Assembly: GCA_017623595.1 (NCBI GenBank)
Contig: JAGAOU010000044.1
Location: forward strand, 68,914-132,913
Source: Clostridia bacterium
GTDB lineage: Bacteria; Bacillota; Clostridia; Oscillospirales; UBA644
DNA: 64,000 bases
Direction: 5' to 3'
Position 1 is the stretch's first letter, and every line of letters begins with the position of its first letter. The translations under genes were made by a program, and so were the position numbers. The notes below the pieces were generated by a model. It searched no databases. It was given only the letters and a program-made list of their open reading frames with translations, and was not told where the DNA came from. Shown here one piece after another: positions 1 to 9,186 of this stretch.

Positions 1-125
1 CCGGCTTCTTCTTTGATCTCTTTTGCTATGGCTACGATCTTCCCGTCATCGCCGATCAGCACGCATCCGTTTTCAATATCCTGGCCCACCATGGGCTTGA
101 TGTATCCGTTTTTAATCAATAACAT
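1..125 (-). CDS. amidohydrolase-family protein, N-terminal fragment (continues off window)
   Basis: Reverse complement of 125..1 reads MLLIKNGYIKPMVGQDIENGCVLIGDDGKIVAIAKEIKEEA, the usual N-terminal strand region of metal-dependent amidohydrolases. GGAGG (rc of 134-138) lies 8 nt upstream of the ATG. Too short for the ORF track. Confidence 0.5.
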   Translation of the reverse strand, partial: MLLIKNGYIKPMVGQDIENGCVLIGDDGKIVAIAKEIKEEA

Positions 126-209
126 GGGCTTATCCTCCGCTTTTTTCTTTTATTATAGCACGTCGATGCCCTGTTGTCAATATTTATTCGCAAAAAAGCG
201 TTTTTTTTC

Positions 210-238
210 TTGACACCGAATAAGATTTGTGCTATAAT
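210..238 (+). promoter_or_regulatory. sigma-70-type promoter (TTGACA-17-TATAAT)
   Basis: TTGACA at 210-215, exact 17-nt spacer, TATAAT at 233-238. This implies the downstream CDS starts at 285, not 174 or 240. Confidence 0.55.
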
Positions 239-284
239 AATGTCGTTTCGGAAAGGGGTGCTTATAATTTTGAAAAAGCCTCAT

Positions 285-950
285 ATGTCCAGAGAGTTCT
301 GCTATATTCCCGCCACATTGTTTCTTGCCCTCGGTGCCGCCCTGATGACCAAAGCGGATTTCGGCCTTTCTGCCGTGGTGGCGCCTGCCTATCTTTTGTC
401 TCAGATCTTCGGCATTTCCTTTGGTACGGCGGAATATTGCCTGCAGGGATTGCTGGTGATTGCCGTGTGTCTCATCGTGCGCCGATTCCGCCCCACATAT
501 CTGCTCTCCTTTGTTTCTGCCTTTTTGTACGGGATGGTTTTGGACGGAATGATCTGGCTTCTGTCTCTGACAGGACCGTGGAATGTTCCGGTCCGCCTCT
601 GTATGATGGTGGTGGGGCTGGTTCTTTCTTCCTTGGGCGTTGCATTCTTCTTCAAAACCTATCTGGCGCCCGGTGCTTATGAACTCTTTGTGAAAGAGAT
701 TTCTTTGCGGTATCGGCTGAATATGGGACGGTTTAAGGTGATTTATGACCTGTCCTCCTGTCTGGTTGCCGTGATTCTTTCCCTTGCAATCTTTCAATCT
801 TTTTTTGATCACGGTATCGGCGTGGGAACGCTTCTGGTCGCCCTTGTCAACGGACTTGTTATCGGTTTGTTTTCCGGATGGCTGGATCGTACCTTTGAAT
901 TTTTTGATCGCTTTGATCTTGCAAAATATTTTGAATCTCGGGAGGAATAA
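285..950 (+). CDS. polytopic membrane protein, DUF6198 / YczE-YitT-like
   Basis: ORF 174..950. Start moved to ATG 285 (MSREFCYIPATLFLALGAALMTKADFGLS...) because the consensus promoter sits at 210-238. About six hydrophobic helices. Confidence 0.7.
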   Translation: MSREFCYIPATLFLALGAALMTKADFGLSAVVAPAYLLSQIFGISFGTAEYCLQGLLVIAVCLIVRRFRPTYLLSFVSAFLYGMVLDGMIWLLSLTGPWNVPVRLCMMVVGLVLSSLGVAFFFKTYLAPGAYELFVKEISLRYRLNMGRFKVIYDLSSCLVAVILSLAIFQSFFDHGIGVGTLLVALVNGLVIGLFSGWLDRTFEFFDRFDLAKYFESREE

Positions 951-953
951 TCT

Positions 954-1970
954 ATGAAACGTGTAAAAGTTTGTCTTTTGGGCTTCGGTGGAATTGCTCG
1001 ATCCCATTTAAAGGCATACCACAAACTTACCGAACGCAATGCTCCTGTGGATCTTGTCGCTATTTGCGATATTGATCCTTCTCAGTTTACCAAGGGTGTT
1101 TCCATGAATCTCGGCGGAAGCGGTGCGGAATCACTTGAAGCTTATCATCTGTACACCGATGCGGAGGAAATGATTCGCAACGAGCAGCCCGATGTGGTTG
1201 ATATTTGTCTACCATCCTTTCTTCATTGCGAATATGCCATAAAAATGATGAAGATGGGTTGTAATGTGCTTTCTGAGAAGCCTATGGCGCTCTCTTCCGC
1301 TCAGTGTGCCGAGATGATTTCCGTGGCAAAGGAAACGGGAAAGTATCTGATGGTTGGACAATGCCTGCGCTTTGAGCCTGCCTATAACTTCTTGAAGGAT
1401 CGCCTTTCGGACGGTTCTTTCGGACCGATTCATTATGCCCATTTCGACCGTCTTTCCGCTCTTCCGTTGTGGGGCTTTGAGCAATGGTTCCGCGATTCCG
1501 AGCGCAGCGGCGGATGCATTCTTGATATGCATATTCATGACGTGGATATGGTCCGCTATCTGTTCGGAGAACCAAAATCTGTTTCTGCTGTCACGACGGG
1601 CTACGAATGTCAGTGGCAGGTGGTAAACAGCCGCTTTGAGTATGAAAACGGGACGTTGATTGTTGCCGACGGCTCTTGGGATGAGGCTCGGTCCTCTAAG
1701 TTCTATGCGGGCTATCGGGTCCGTTTTGCCGATGCTGAGGTCTTTTACGATGATAGCACTGTTACCGTTCGTCCAAACGATGGAGAAGAGTATGTTGCGG
1801 ATCTTCCCAAATCCACCCGTATGGCGGACGAAATCGAATGTCTCGCCCTTACCGTTCTCGGCGTTTCTACCGATCAACGAATCTCCGCCACCGAAGCCGC
1901 CAAAACCGTCGCCCTCGTGGAAAAGCTCCGCGAAAGCGCCGCCCACAACGGCACCCCCATCAGAATCTGA
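954..1970 (+). CDS. Gfo/Idh/MocA family NAD(P)-dependent oxidoreductase
   Basis: N-terminal Rossmann motif VCLLGFGGIARSHLKAY, the EKP motif (LSEKPMA) and overall length are typical of the family. Confidence 0.85.
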   Translation: MKRVKVCLLGFGGIARSHLKAYHKLTERNAPVDLVAICDIDPSQFTKGVSMNLGGSGAESLEAYHLYTDAEEMIRNEQPDVVDICLPSFLHCEYAIKMMKMGCNVLSEKPMALSSAQCAEMISVAKETGKYLMVGQCLRFEPAYNFLKDRLSDGSFGPIHYAHFDRLSALPLWGFEQWFRDSERSGGCILDMHIHDVDMVRYLFGEPKSVSAVTTGYECQWQVVNSRFEYENGTLIVADGSWDEARSSKFYAGYRVRFADAEVFYDDSTVTVRPNDGEEYVADLPKSTRMADEIECLALTVLGVSTDQRISATEAAKTVALVEKLRESAAHNGTPIRI

Positions 1971-1984
1971 CAAATTGATTTTAA

Positions 1985-2018
1985 GAAGCGCATCCTTGTG
2001 GATGCGCTTCTTTTTTTT
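1985..2018 (+). terminator. rho-independent terminator
   Basis: gaagcgcatcc-ttgt-ggatgcgcttc (11-bp perfect stem) followed by T8. Confidence 0.85.
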
Positions 2019-2785
2019 GCATCAAAATAACATTAACATTGATTTTTTGTTAAATAATGTGTTTTTGTTTTTATAACAAGTGGTTTGTATTTGTAAAATA
2101 ACAAATGTAATTATGTTTATGATCGATGTTGGTTTTTGATGAATTTTAATGAGGAAAAATTATGAATAACTATTGTTAATAACACATGTTATAATCTGTA
2201 TATTTTGCAGTAAAATCGCTGAAATCGTCATGTTTTTTCGCTTCTAAACTTTTTTGTCACCTGTGAGCACTGTTACTTATAATTTGCACGCTGATTTTTT
2301 TGTAATTATTTTTTTAATTTTACTTGCTTTTTCAATTTTGTCTTAATGATAATTTATTTTCCCTCTAAAAATGGTGTGTTTCTATCTGTTTTTGCACTGT
2401 AAAACATCAAAAAAACAATAAAAATGGAAGATGCAAAAAATTTCCTCTTTTTTCGATGCAATATTTTGCGCTTGAGCGAGGTTTTAACTGCGAAAGCGTA
2501 AATGAGTCGGATATTTTTTACTGTTTGCCTCGGATTTAACCCTCTTCTGTTCTTGTTCTTTTTGCAAGAGGAAAGATCCGAGCCGTCTCTGCGTGTTTTT
2601 TTAGTGCGTATCTCTTTTTGCTCTCTCGTTTTTTGCATGGTTGGTTTTGTGAAAATGTATTTTTTTCTTTTTGTGTTGACTCTTTCGAGGGATGCTTTGG
2701 AGGCTCTTTTCGTATGCCTCTTCTCGCGCAATCAGCTTGATTGAAAAGAGAAGTCAACAAAAAACCGAAAAAACTGTAAACTCCA

Positions 2786-2814
2786 TTGCTTTTTTACCTG
2801 TGATGTGCTATAAT
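2786..2814 (+). promoter_or_regulatory. candidate extended -10 promoter of the surface locus
   Basis: TTGCTT (2786-2791), 17-nt spacer, TGcTATAAT (2806-2814). It would give a ~255-nt leader before the start at 3077. Other TATAAT-like hexamers exist further upstream (~2198, ~2275). Confidence 0.4.
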
Positions 2815-3076
2815 CTCTATGTGTTATAGTTAAGTCACGGAAATACTGTAATCTTTTAGTCGATCTGTGTGGTGCTTTGGTGCCTTGCGAGCTACCTCGC
2901 GTTGCCCTCTGTCCACATCAACAGTCGATGAATGTTGCGATCCGACGTGTTCGGATGCTTCTTTTGAGATTGTTTGCAGATTTGCGAAAAAGCGCAGTTG
3001 AACTTCACTATGTACGACGCGTTCATACCGCGCATTGCGTATGAGAATAAATTTCTTTTCTAGGAGGAGAAGGAAA

Positions 3077-6000
3077 ATGCGAAAGCATGCAAAACTTTTC
3101 AAACAGGCTCAGTCCTGGGTTCTTGCAGTGGCCATTATTGTGTCCCTGTTCACACCTATGTTGAGTCTGACCTCGTCCGCTCAAACGAACGAGAAGACCA
3201 AGACAGACGGTCAGATTGTCGCTGACAATTATGCCGGTCTGTCGCCTGAGGAGAAGGCTTTGATTGGCTCCGGCCTCTTGATCGGTGAGACTCACACCTA
3301 TCAGGTCCCCGGTGCCAGCGATGATCTGATTGATGTCGATACTGACCATCAGAAAATCGTAGCCGACAGTTACGAAGGTACTGACGGCTATGTATTCAAG
3401 CCTATCTCTGCTAAGATCGTTGTCGACAACGATGTGAAGGAGACAGTCACCCTTACGGATGGCGAAGGCTCCTACGAGTATGACGGAAATGCGTTTTCCG
3501 TTAGAGTCGAGTACGTTTTGGATGTCACTATTGATGCCGATGTTCAAAACACCTTGCTCAATGCCCCCGGATATTTCGTTGATGGCCTTTCCGGTATTGA
3601 TGCCGTTGTTGCTCAAGATGGAAACCTCGAGATCTTCTCTCGTGACGAGGTTCAAAACATTCTTTTTCAAATGGCTACCTCGAATTATTTGGCCCCTGCG
3701 TACGGGACGTATGTTCCTGTCTACTTGGTTTCTACCGATGCGAAAAATGCTGTGTTGGCTCTGAATTCTCAGATTAAAAGCAACGGACAATTAAATCTTG
3801 CTGGGTTGATTGACGCATATCAGTCCGCTAACAGCAAAGTCCAGTTCCTGGTTGAGAATGGTGCTTCTTTTAGAGCCGAAGCTTTGCAGACAAAGGCTTA
3901 TTTGGAGGCAATTCTTGCTGACAGTGTTTGGTGGATCAAAGATCATGATACTTCTGTCAAGTTGTTTTGGGATGCAATGAATGCTTTGGTCAATATTCTC
4001 AATGCAGAATGTGTAGACGAATGGCCTGCAACCACCACAAAACTTGTAAAAGACGGTATTTCCGATGCTGAATATAAAACACTGGACGAATTGGTTTCCA
4101 AAATCGGTGCTGTTACTGATGTTTCTGATGTTTTGATCAAAAATCCTCTTCGTGTTGAAACCGTAACGATTCAACACAATCTGAGCATGAACGATGTTTC
4201 TGTTAGTGTCGTTTTGAAAACCACGCAGAACAATGTGGTTGCTCAGTTTGGTAATGCAACAACCGTAACGGTTACCCTCCCCACCGGTGCAACTGCCGCT
4301 GACGTTCTTTCCGCGATCGAAGAAAGTGGCGTGGAAGCCGATGCAATTGCCTACTGGGATAAAGCATATGTTGCCGGTAAATTTGAGTCTGAGACAGTTG
4401 GTGTTCCCGACACTCTGACCGAAGACGTCAGTGTTACCGTTACTTATACCCCTAAGTATTATGATGTTACTTTTGACTACACCGATGACGCTTCCTATCC
4501 TTACCGTTATGTGATCACTTTCGATAATCACGCGGATGTTTCCCAGGCTTATGACTATACCGTCAACGGTCAGTATTATGCTCAGGGTTCTTCTTATACC
4601 GTTGAAGGTGATACCAACATCACTCGTGAGGTTGGCAAGGCCTACACTCCCGGTGATCTCTATCAGATCGTTTCTGACAACTATCTGTCCGGTAAGGGTG
4701 CTTCCATCCTGACCTCCGGCGCTATCCTTGGCAACGTAGAGATCAACGTTCGTTATCCCGATAATAGCGGGAAGATTGTTGCTCTTAACGGTAACACCCT
4801 GACTGCTAAGCCTTTTGATTCGAGTTATAAGGGACTTCAGTGGACTCCTTCCTTGTATACTCTTGAAGATGGTACTACCGGAGAGTTTACCTATAACGGT
4901 GGTGTCTACGAAGCTGAATTGAGCAACTTTGAAACCGTTAAGGTTACATATTGCCTCAATTTGATGAGAAACAATGTGATTTCCAAGGATACTGTCCTTG
5001 CCGCAACGAATATCCCCCATGTTCTCAATGAAGAAGCAAAGGACCAGCTTGCAGCTCTTGAAAGCATGGCCGGTTTGAATGATAGCCTTGCTCTTTTGAC
5101 CGGGAATAATGTTGACATCTTCACATCTCTTATTGGTAGTGCTACTCTGCATTCCGATTCTGCCGTGAATGCTGCGCTGAAGGATAACTTCACCGATGTT
5201 TTGGCTAAGATTAAGACCCGTCAGACGGAAGGTCAGTTGAATCTTGCTCGTTACATCTCTGAATATGCTGCAGCGCAAGACGGTCTTCTGTACTATTATA
5301 GTAATAGCAAGGCCATCATTAGTGAGGTCAACGAGTTCTCTGCTCTCATGACTCAGATGCTTGGTGACGATGGGAATGCTCTTCTCTCCAAAGATATGAA
5401 GCAGCAAGCATTGAAGGACCTGATGGATACTTATGGTTCCGGCTTCTTATCTGCAGAGCAGTTGGAAAAATATAAGAGTAAACTGCCTGAACTTGAAGAT
5501 AAGATGAAGCAGTTGTCTGAAAATCTGAAGGCTCCCAACGAAGCCATTGATTTGAATAGTTCTAATCTTTATGTTCTGACCGCTGCGCTTCAGGAGAGTG
5601 GTGACACCAGAGAGTTCAGCGCTGTTGAAATCGGAACGCTCCTTTTGGAAGATTCCTCCATGCCTGCCTTGACATCCAACGAGAAGGTTGCTCTTTCTGT
5701 CGTTATTAAGGTAGAAGGTGGAAAAACCGTTACCGTGACCTCTAAGGCGTTTGTAAAGACTAAGGAAATTACTCAGAATGATATCGCAGAACTGAAGGGT
5801 GCTGTTGAGGCTGCCTATAGTTCTCTGTTGATTGCCGGTGCATTGTATGATAACAATTATAATTCCGGTGTGGAATTGGATGCCTTGGTTGGAATGACTG
5901 CAGGTGCGATCTCAAAAACTGTTTACGAGTATTCTTGGACCTACAGCGTGTTCTCTGTCGATGTTCCGATGGTCGGATCTCAGAATGTTTCCTACAAGAA

Positions 6001-9000
6001 TCCTGTTATTACCTTTGCGACCAGCGCCGATCCTGCTTACCGTTATGATTATTACATCAACGGAGTTAAGGTAAACGGAACCTCTTATACCTTGTCTCCC
6101 GCCGAGCTTAACAGTGTCGCAAACGGAACCTTCAAGGTTACTTTTGAATCTGTGTTTGTTCTCGAGGAGAATCTTATTAACTATGTAAACGAGTTGAATG
6201 CGTCCCTTGATTCCGATGTTGCGGTCTTTGCTTTGGTCAAAGATGCGAAGGGCGACTACTCCATCGTTCTGAAGATCGATGCCGCTCAGCCCGATGCTCT
6301 CATGGGGGCTGTTCAGGGAATTGCAATGGGCATTGCTCAGGGTAATTACCCCTATGTTGGTATTGATGGAAATGGCTTCTTTGCCGACGGTAAGATTTCT
6401 CTGCAGTGTCTGATCGATGCCCTGACCAACAGTGGCTTCGGTTCTGAAACCATCCTCAAGATGATGGACGCCAATGGCAATATCAACCATATTAATATTA
6501 ATGGTAATATTATCAGCAATCAGGCGGTTGCTCCTTGGGGCGGTCTGTTGATGGAAACTTCCATGCAGCTCGGCTCTTCCGCTGCTTCTGTTACCGACCT
6601 TCCCTTCTATGTTACCCTTGGCTCTGTTTCTTCTGAACTTGTTCAGGTTAGAAATGCTTTCGCCGGTGACCTTGGTAAATTCTTCGGTTTCGAATGCTCT
6701 AACGGTGCCTTCGGTCTGAAACTGAATCTCCCCGAAAAAGCATATGAAGCCTTCCTCGCAGTTCTTCTGATCACCGAAAAGATTGATATCACCGATATCA
6801 ATGCAGTGAACGGTGAAATCGCAATCAGCTTCTTCAATGAAATGCTGATTCCTCTCTTCAAGGGTGACATTACCGTCGAAACCTTTGAAAATACTCTGGC
6901 GAAGTTTGGCGCAAACTACGACCTTTCTTCTCAGAAGGGCGCCGAAACCCTCTTCTCCTACCTTAAGAATTTCTATACAGGTGCTACTTTTACCTACGGT
7001 GCTGATAACGGTACCGCCACCGGAACGGTGAGCATTAAGTCCTTTGTTGATTCTATGGATCTTGGGGCCCTCGGCGGTCTTATCGCTGAGTATGAGTCCG
7101 GCCTCGAGATTGGTATTGATATCGCTCTCGAAGACCTCGGTACGGATTATGAAGCCCTCTTCGTTGATGTCAACGCTTCCGGTGTTGCCAACAAGATTGG
7201 TCTTACCACCGACCTTTCTGCGAAACTCAATGATATTTCCGGCACTTCCGTCATCGTTCTTCTGAAGGACATCTCGGATGATCTCGTCATCAACACCACT
7301 ACTTTGCTTAACCTCAACGGCTTCACCGTTGATGCTAACCTGACTGCGAACGGTAAGACCATCGTCGTTGATAGCTATGTCAATGATGATAAGGTTGGTA
7401 CTGTTACCGGTAAGCTTTCCGGAAACCTGACGCTGGTTGCCGGTAAGTACACTGACGATGCCACCAACTTTGTTAAGAACGGTTTCGTTCAGGGCAATGA
7501 CGGTATTGTCAACAACAAGTTCTATTCCATCGATGAAGACGCCAACGGCAACCTCGTTGTCTCCATCAATGCCGGTCTGATTCATACCAATGAGCTCCCC
7601 GATGTTACTGGTCTTGCTCTGGATCTCGCTTGCGACCTTCTGTTCAACGGCTATTCCAGCAATTACCTGGAACTGGATGGTAACACCATCTATGACATCA
7701 CCCTCAATGAACTGATCGGCCTGTACACCTCCAGCAATCGCCTTGATTCTGTTATCGATGAAGCCCTCGGCATGATCGACAGTGCAGAACTCTCTACCTT
7801 TATTAATACTGTTCTTGACGACGTGATGGATTTCGCCGCAATCAGCGAGGCCATTGCGAAGAACGAACCCATCGTTTCCTATCCCATGATCACCAAGCCC
7901 TGGGCTGTGGAATTCCTCCACATCACCGACGGCAACTACATTGACACCAGCATCGTTTCCGGTTCTCCCGCAACCGAAAGAACCCTTCAGGTGAAGCTTG
8001 TTGGCGATGATGCCGATAAGAAGTACTTTGAAGATCTCTTTGCTGAACTTGGTAACACTGTAGACTCCGATGTCAATGTCAATATTGCTCACGGTAAGAA
8101 TGATCTCAACATCTTCGTAAATGCTGAAGCCAATGTTAACGTTACTGTTGACTGGTCTAATCCCAACTATGGAATTATGTTCAGCATCATCGTTGCCGAT
8201 GGTATCGGCGCTCCCGCAAATGCTAAGCTTGTTGCCGCGATCCGTTCTTATTACGAGACCGGTGACATCGACGCTCTCAGCGTTGCATTCAACTCTCTGA
8301 CCACCGCACAGGTAATTACTGCACTGAAGAATGTTGCTAAGGACGATTCCTTCACTGCAATGATCAGCGCTCTTGGCCTGGCCGACGTGGTTTCCGCAGA
8401 CGTTGTTACTCTTGAAGCTCTCTATGACAAGATCGGCAAGATCGCTGCTTTCGCAGTTCGCAAGGCTGATCTCGTCGGCGGTTCCCGTACCCTCTCTTCT
8501 TACCTCGGTGCAAACGGTTTCTATGACATGAGCCGTGAAAACGTTGAAAGACTCTTCAACAGAGGTCTCTTCCGCGGTTACACCATCTCTGTAGATGTTG
8601 CAATCACCGACTTCTACTTCGGTCTGAAACTGTTTGACACTGTTCCCGCTCCCGAATTCGTTGACGATCACGGTAATGCTACCGTTGGTACCAGCGACCT
8701 GCTCTTCGGTTCTCGCGTGGATCTCGACAAGCAGATGATTATCCTGGATACTGTTGCTTCCGGTGTTACCGTTGCTCAGTTGAAGGCTCTTCTGAATCTT
8801 GAAACGATCAACGCTACTTCTGTTGAACTTGTCTTCATGGTAGGAGAGACCGTCCTCGCCGACACCGATCTCGTTCCCAACGGAACTAAGGTTATTGCCA
8901 CCGCTGTCAGCACGGCTACCAAGCAGACCGACACCACTGAATACACCATCGTTATTCTTGGTGACACCAACTGTGATGGTAGAATTGCCATCGGTGACGC

Positions 9001-9169
9001 AGTTCAGATTGCTAACAACATCGTTGGCAACAATACCTTCTCCGAACTTCAGAACCTTGCCGCTGATACCAATAACAATACTCGTATTGATATCGGTGAC
9101 GCGGTCCGTATCGCAATTAAGATCACGGATAGTGCAAACTACACGTCCTTAATTGTGGTTGGACAATAA
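3077..9169 (+). CDS. giant secreted surface protein (2030 aa) with C-terminal type-I-like dockerin
   Basis: ORF 3035..9169; start set at ATG 3077 behind AGGAGGAGAAGGA. Sec signal peptide (AIIVSLFTPMLSLTSSA/QT). LNLNGFTV-type motif similar to MLDLNGHTI in the 622-aa protein. C-terminal duplicated Ca-loop segments. No recognisable enzymatic domain. Confidence 0.85.
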   Translation: MRKHAKLFKQAQSWVLAVAIIVSLFTPMLSLTSSAQTNEKTKTDGQIVADNYAGLSPEEKALIGSGLLIGETHTYQVPGASDDLIDVDTDHQKIVADSYEGTDGYVFKPISAKIVVDNDVKETVTLTDGEGSYEYDGNAFSVRVEYVLDVTIDADVQNTLLNAPGYFVDGLSGIDAVVAQDGNLEIFSRDEVQNILFQMATSNYLAPAYGTYVPVYLVSTDAKNAVLALNSQIKSNGQLNLAGLIDAYQSANSKVQFLVENGASFRAEALQTKAYLEAILADSVWWIKDHDTSVKLFWDAMNALVNILNAECVDEWPATTTKLVKDGISDAEYKTLDELVSKIGAVTDVSDVLIKNPLRVETVTIQHNLSMNDVSVSVVLKTTQNNVVAQFGNATTVTVTLPTGATAADVLSAIEESGVEADAIAYWDKAYVAGKFESETVGVPDTLTEDVSVTVTYTPKYYDVTFDYTDDASYPYRYVITFDNHADVSQAYDYTVNGQYYAQGSSYTVEGDTNITREVGKAYTPGDLYQIVSDNYLSGKGASILTSGAILGNVEINVRYPDNSGKIVALNGNTLTAKPFDSSYKGLQWTPSLYTLEDGTTGEFTYNGGVYEAELSNFETVKVTYCLNLMRNNVISKDTVLAATNIPHVLNEEAKDQLAALESMAGLNDSLALLTGNNVDIFTSLIGSATLHSDSAVNAALKDNFTDVLAKIKTRQTEGQLNLARYISEYAAAQDGLLYYYSNSKAIISEVNEFSALMTQMLGDDGNALLSKDMKQQALKDLMDTYGSGFLSAEQLEKYKSKLPELEDKMKQLSENLKAPNEAIDLNSSNLYVLTAALQESGDTREFSAVEIGTLLLEDSSMPALTSNEKVALSVVIKVEGGKTVTVTSKAFVKTKEITQNDIAELKGAVEAAYSSLLIAGALYDNNYNSGVELDALVGMTAGAISKTVYEYSWTYSVFSVDVPMVGSQNVSYKNPVITFATSADPAYRYDYYINGVKVNGTSYTLSPAELNSVANGTFKVTFESVFVLEENLINYVNELNASLDSDVAVFALVKDAKGDYSIVLKIDAAQPDALMGAVQGIAMGIAQGNYPYVGIDGNGFFADGKISLQCLIDALTNSGFGSETILKMMDANGNINHININGNIISNQAVAPWGGLLMETSMQLGSSAASVTDLPFYVTLGSVSSELVQVRNAFAGDLGKFFGFECSNGAFGLKLNLPEKAYEAFLAVLLITEKIDITDINAVNGEIAISFFNEMLIPLFKGDITVETFENTLAKFGANYDLSSQKGAETLFSYLKNFYTGATFTYGADNGTATGTVSIKSFVDSMDLGALGGLIAEYESGLEIGIDIALEDLGTDYEALFVDVNASGVANKIGLTTDLSAKLNDISGTSVIVLLKDISDDLVINTTTLLNLNGFTVDANLTANGKTIVVDSYVNDDKVGTVTGKLSGNLTLVAGKYTDDATNFVKNGFVQGNDGIVNNKFYSIDEDANGNLVVSINAGLIHTNELPDVTGLALDLACDLLFNGYSSNYLELDGNTIYDITLNELIGLYTSSNRLDSVIDEALGMIDSAELSTFINTVLDDVMDFAAISEAIAKNEPIVSYPMITKPWAVEFLHITDGNYIDTSIVSGSPATERTLQVKLVGDDADKKYFEDLFAELGNTVDSDVNVNIAHGKNDLNIFVNAEANVNVTVDWSNPNYGIMFSIIVADGIGAPANAKLVAAIRSYYETGDIDALSVAFNSLTTAQVITALKNVAKDDSFTAMISALGLADVVSADVVTLEALYDKIGKIAAFAVRKADLVGGSRTLSSYLGANGFYDMSRENVERLFNRGLFRGYTISVDVAITDFYFGLKLFDTVPAPEFVDDHGNATVGTSDLLFGSRVDLDKQMIILDTVASGVTVAQLKALLNLETINATSVELVFMVGETVLADTDLVPNGTKVIATAVSTATKQTDTTEYTIVILGDTNCDGRIAIGDAVQIANNIVGNNTFSELQNLAADTNNNTRIDIGDAVRIAIKITDSANYTSLIVVGQ
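8963..9100 (+). other. dockerin module (two F-hand Ca-binding repeats) within the giant CDS
   Basis: DTNCDGRIAIGD (8963-8998) and DTNNNTRIDIGD (9065-9100), each followed by AV(Q/R)IA. This is the classic D-x-N-x-D-G-x-I-x-x-x-D dockerin duplication. Confidence 0.8.
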
Positions 9170-9186
9170 GAAAGGAGGAGACTGAA

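Noticed and set aside
13-284. ORF 13-213 (+), and the 5' extensions (174 or 240) of the membrane-protein ORF
   Set aside because: 13-213 is antisense to the amidohydrolase N-terminus. The consensus promoter at 210-238 lies inside the extensions, so translation most likely starts at 285.
2354-2760. Overlapping 74-125-aa ORFs on both strands in the AT-rich region upstream of the giant gene
   Set aside because: The translations are K/R/F-rich and low-complexity, with no RBS, and the frames overlap mutually. They are better explained as non-coding regulatory DNA.
2815-3076. Possible c-di-GMP or other riboswitch in the 255-nt leader of the surface locus
   Set aside because: I could not recognise conserved cores of GEMM-I/II or other riboswitch classes by eye; only generic short hairpins are present. 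It is reported only as an unclassified structured leader.
5912-8671. 919-aa ORF on the minus strand, plus similar long antisense ORFs at 3791-5407, 9139-10674, 12660-14048, 13816-14892, 20090-22867, 29698-31653, 33424-35247, 35111-36601, 44587-46308, 46312-47469, 49093-50616, 40967-42106, 55872-56783, 56835-58004, 58340-59797 and 62721-63644
   Set aside because: Each lies fully antisense to a gene with strong motif, signal-peptide or RBS support. Their translations are low-information (I/N/G/R/H-rich, with no motifs, RBS or sensible termini). Long shadow ORFs are expected opposite genes with this codon bias.
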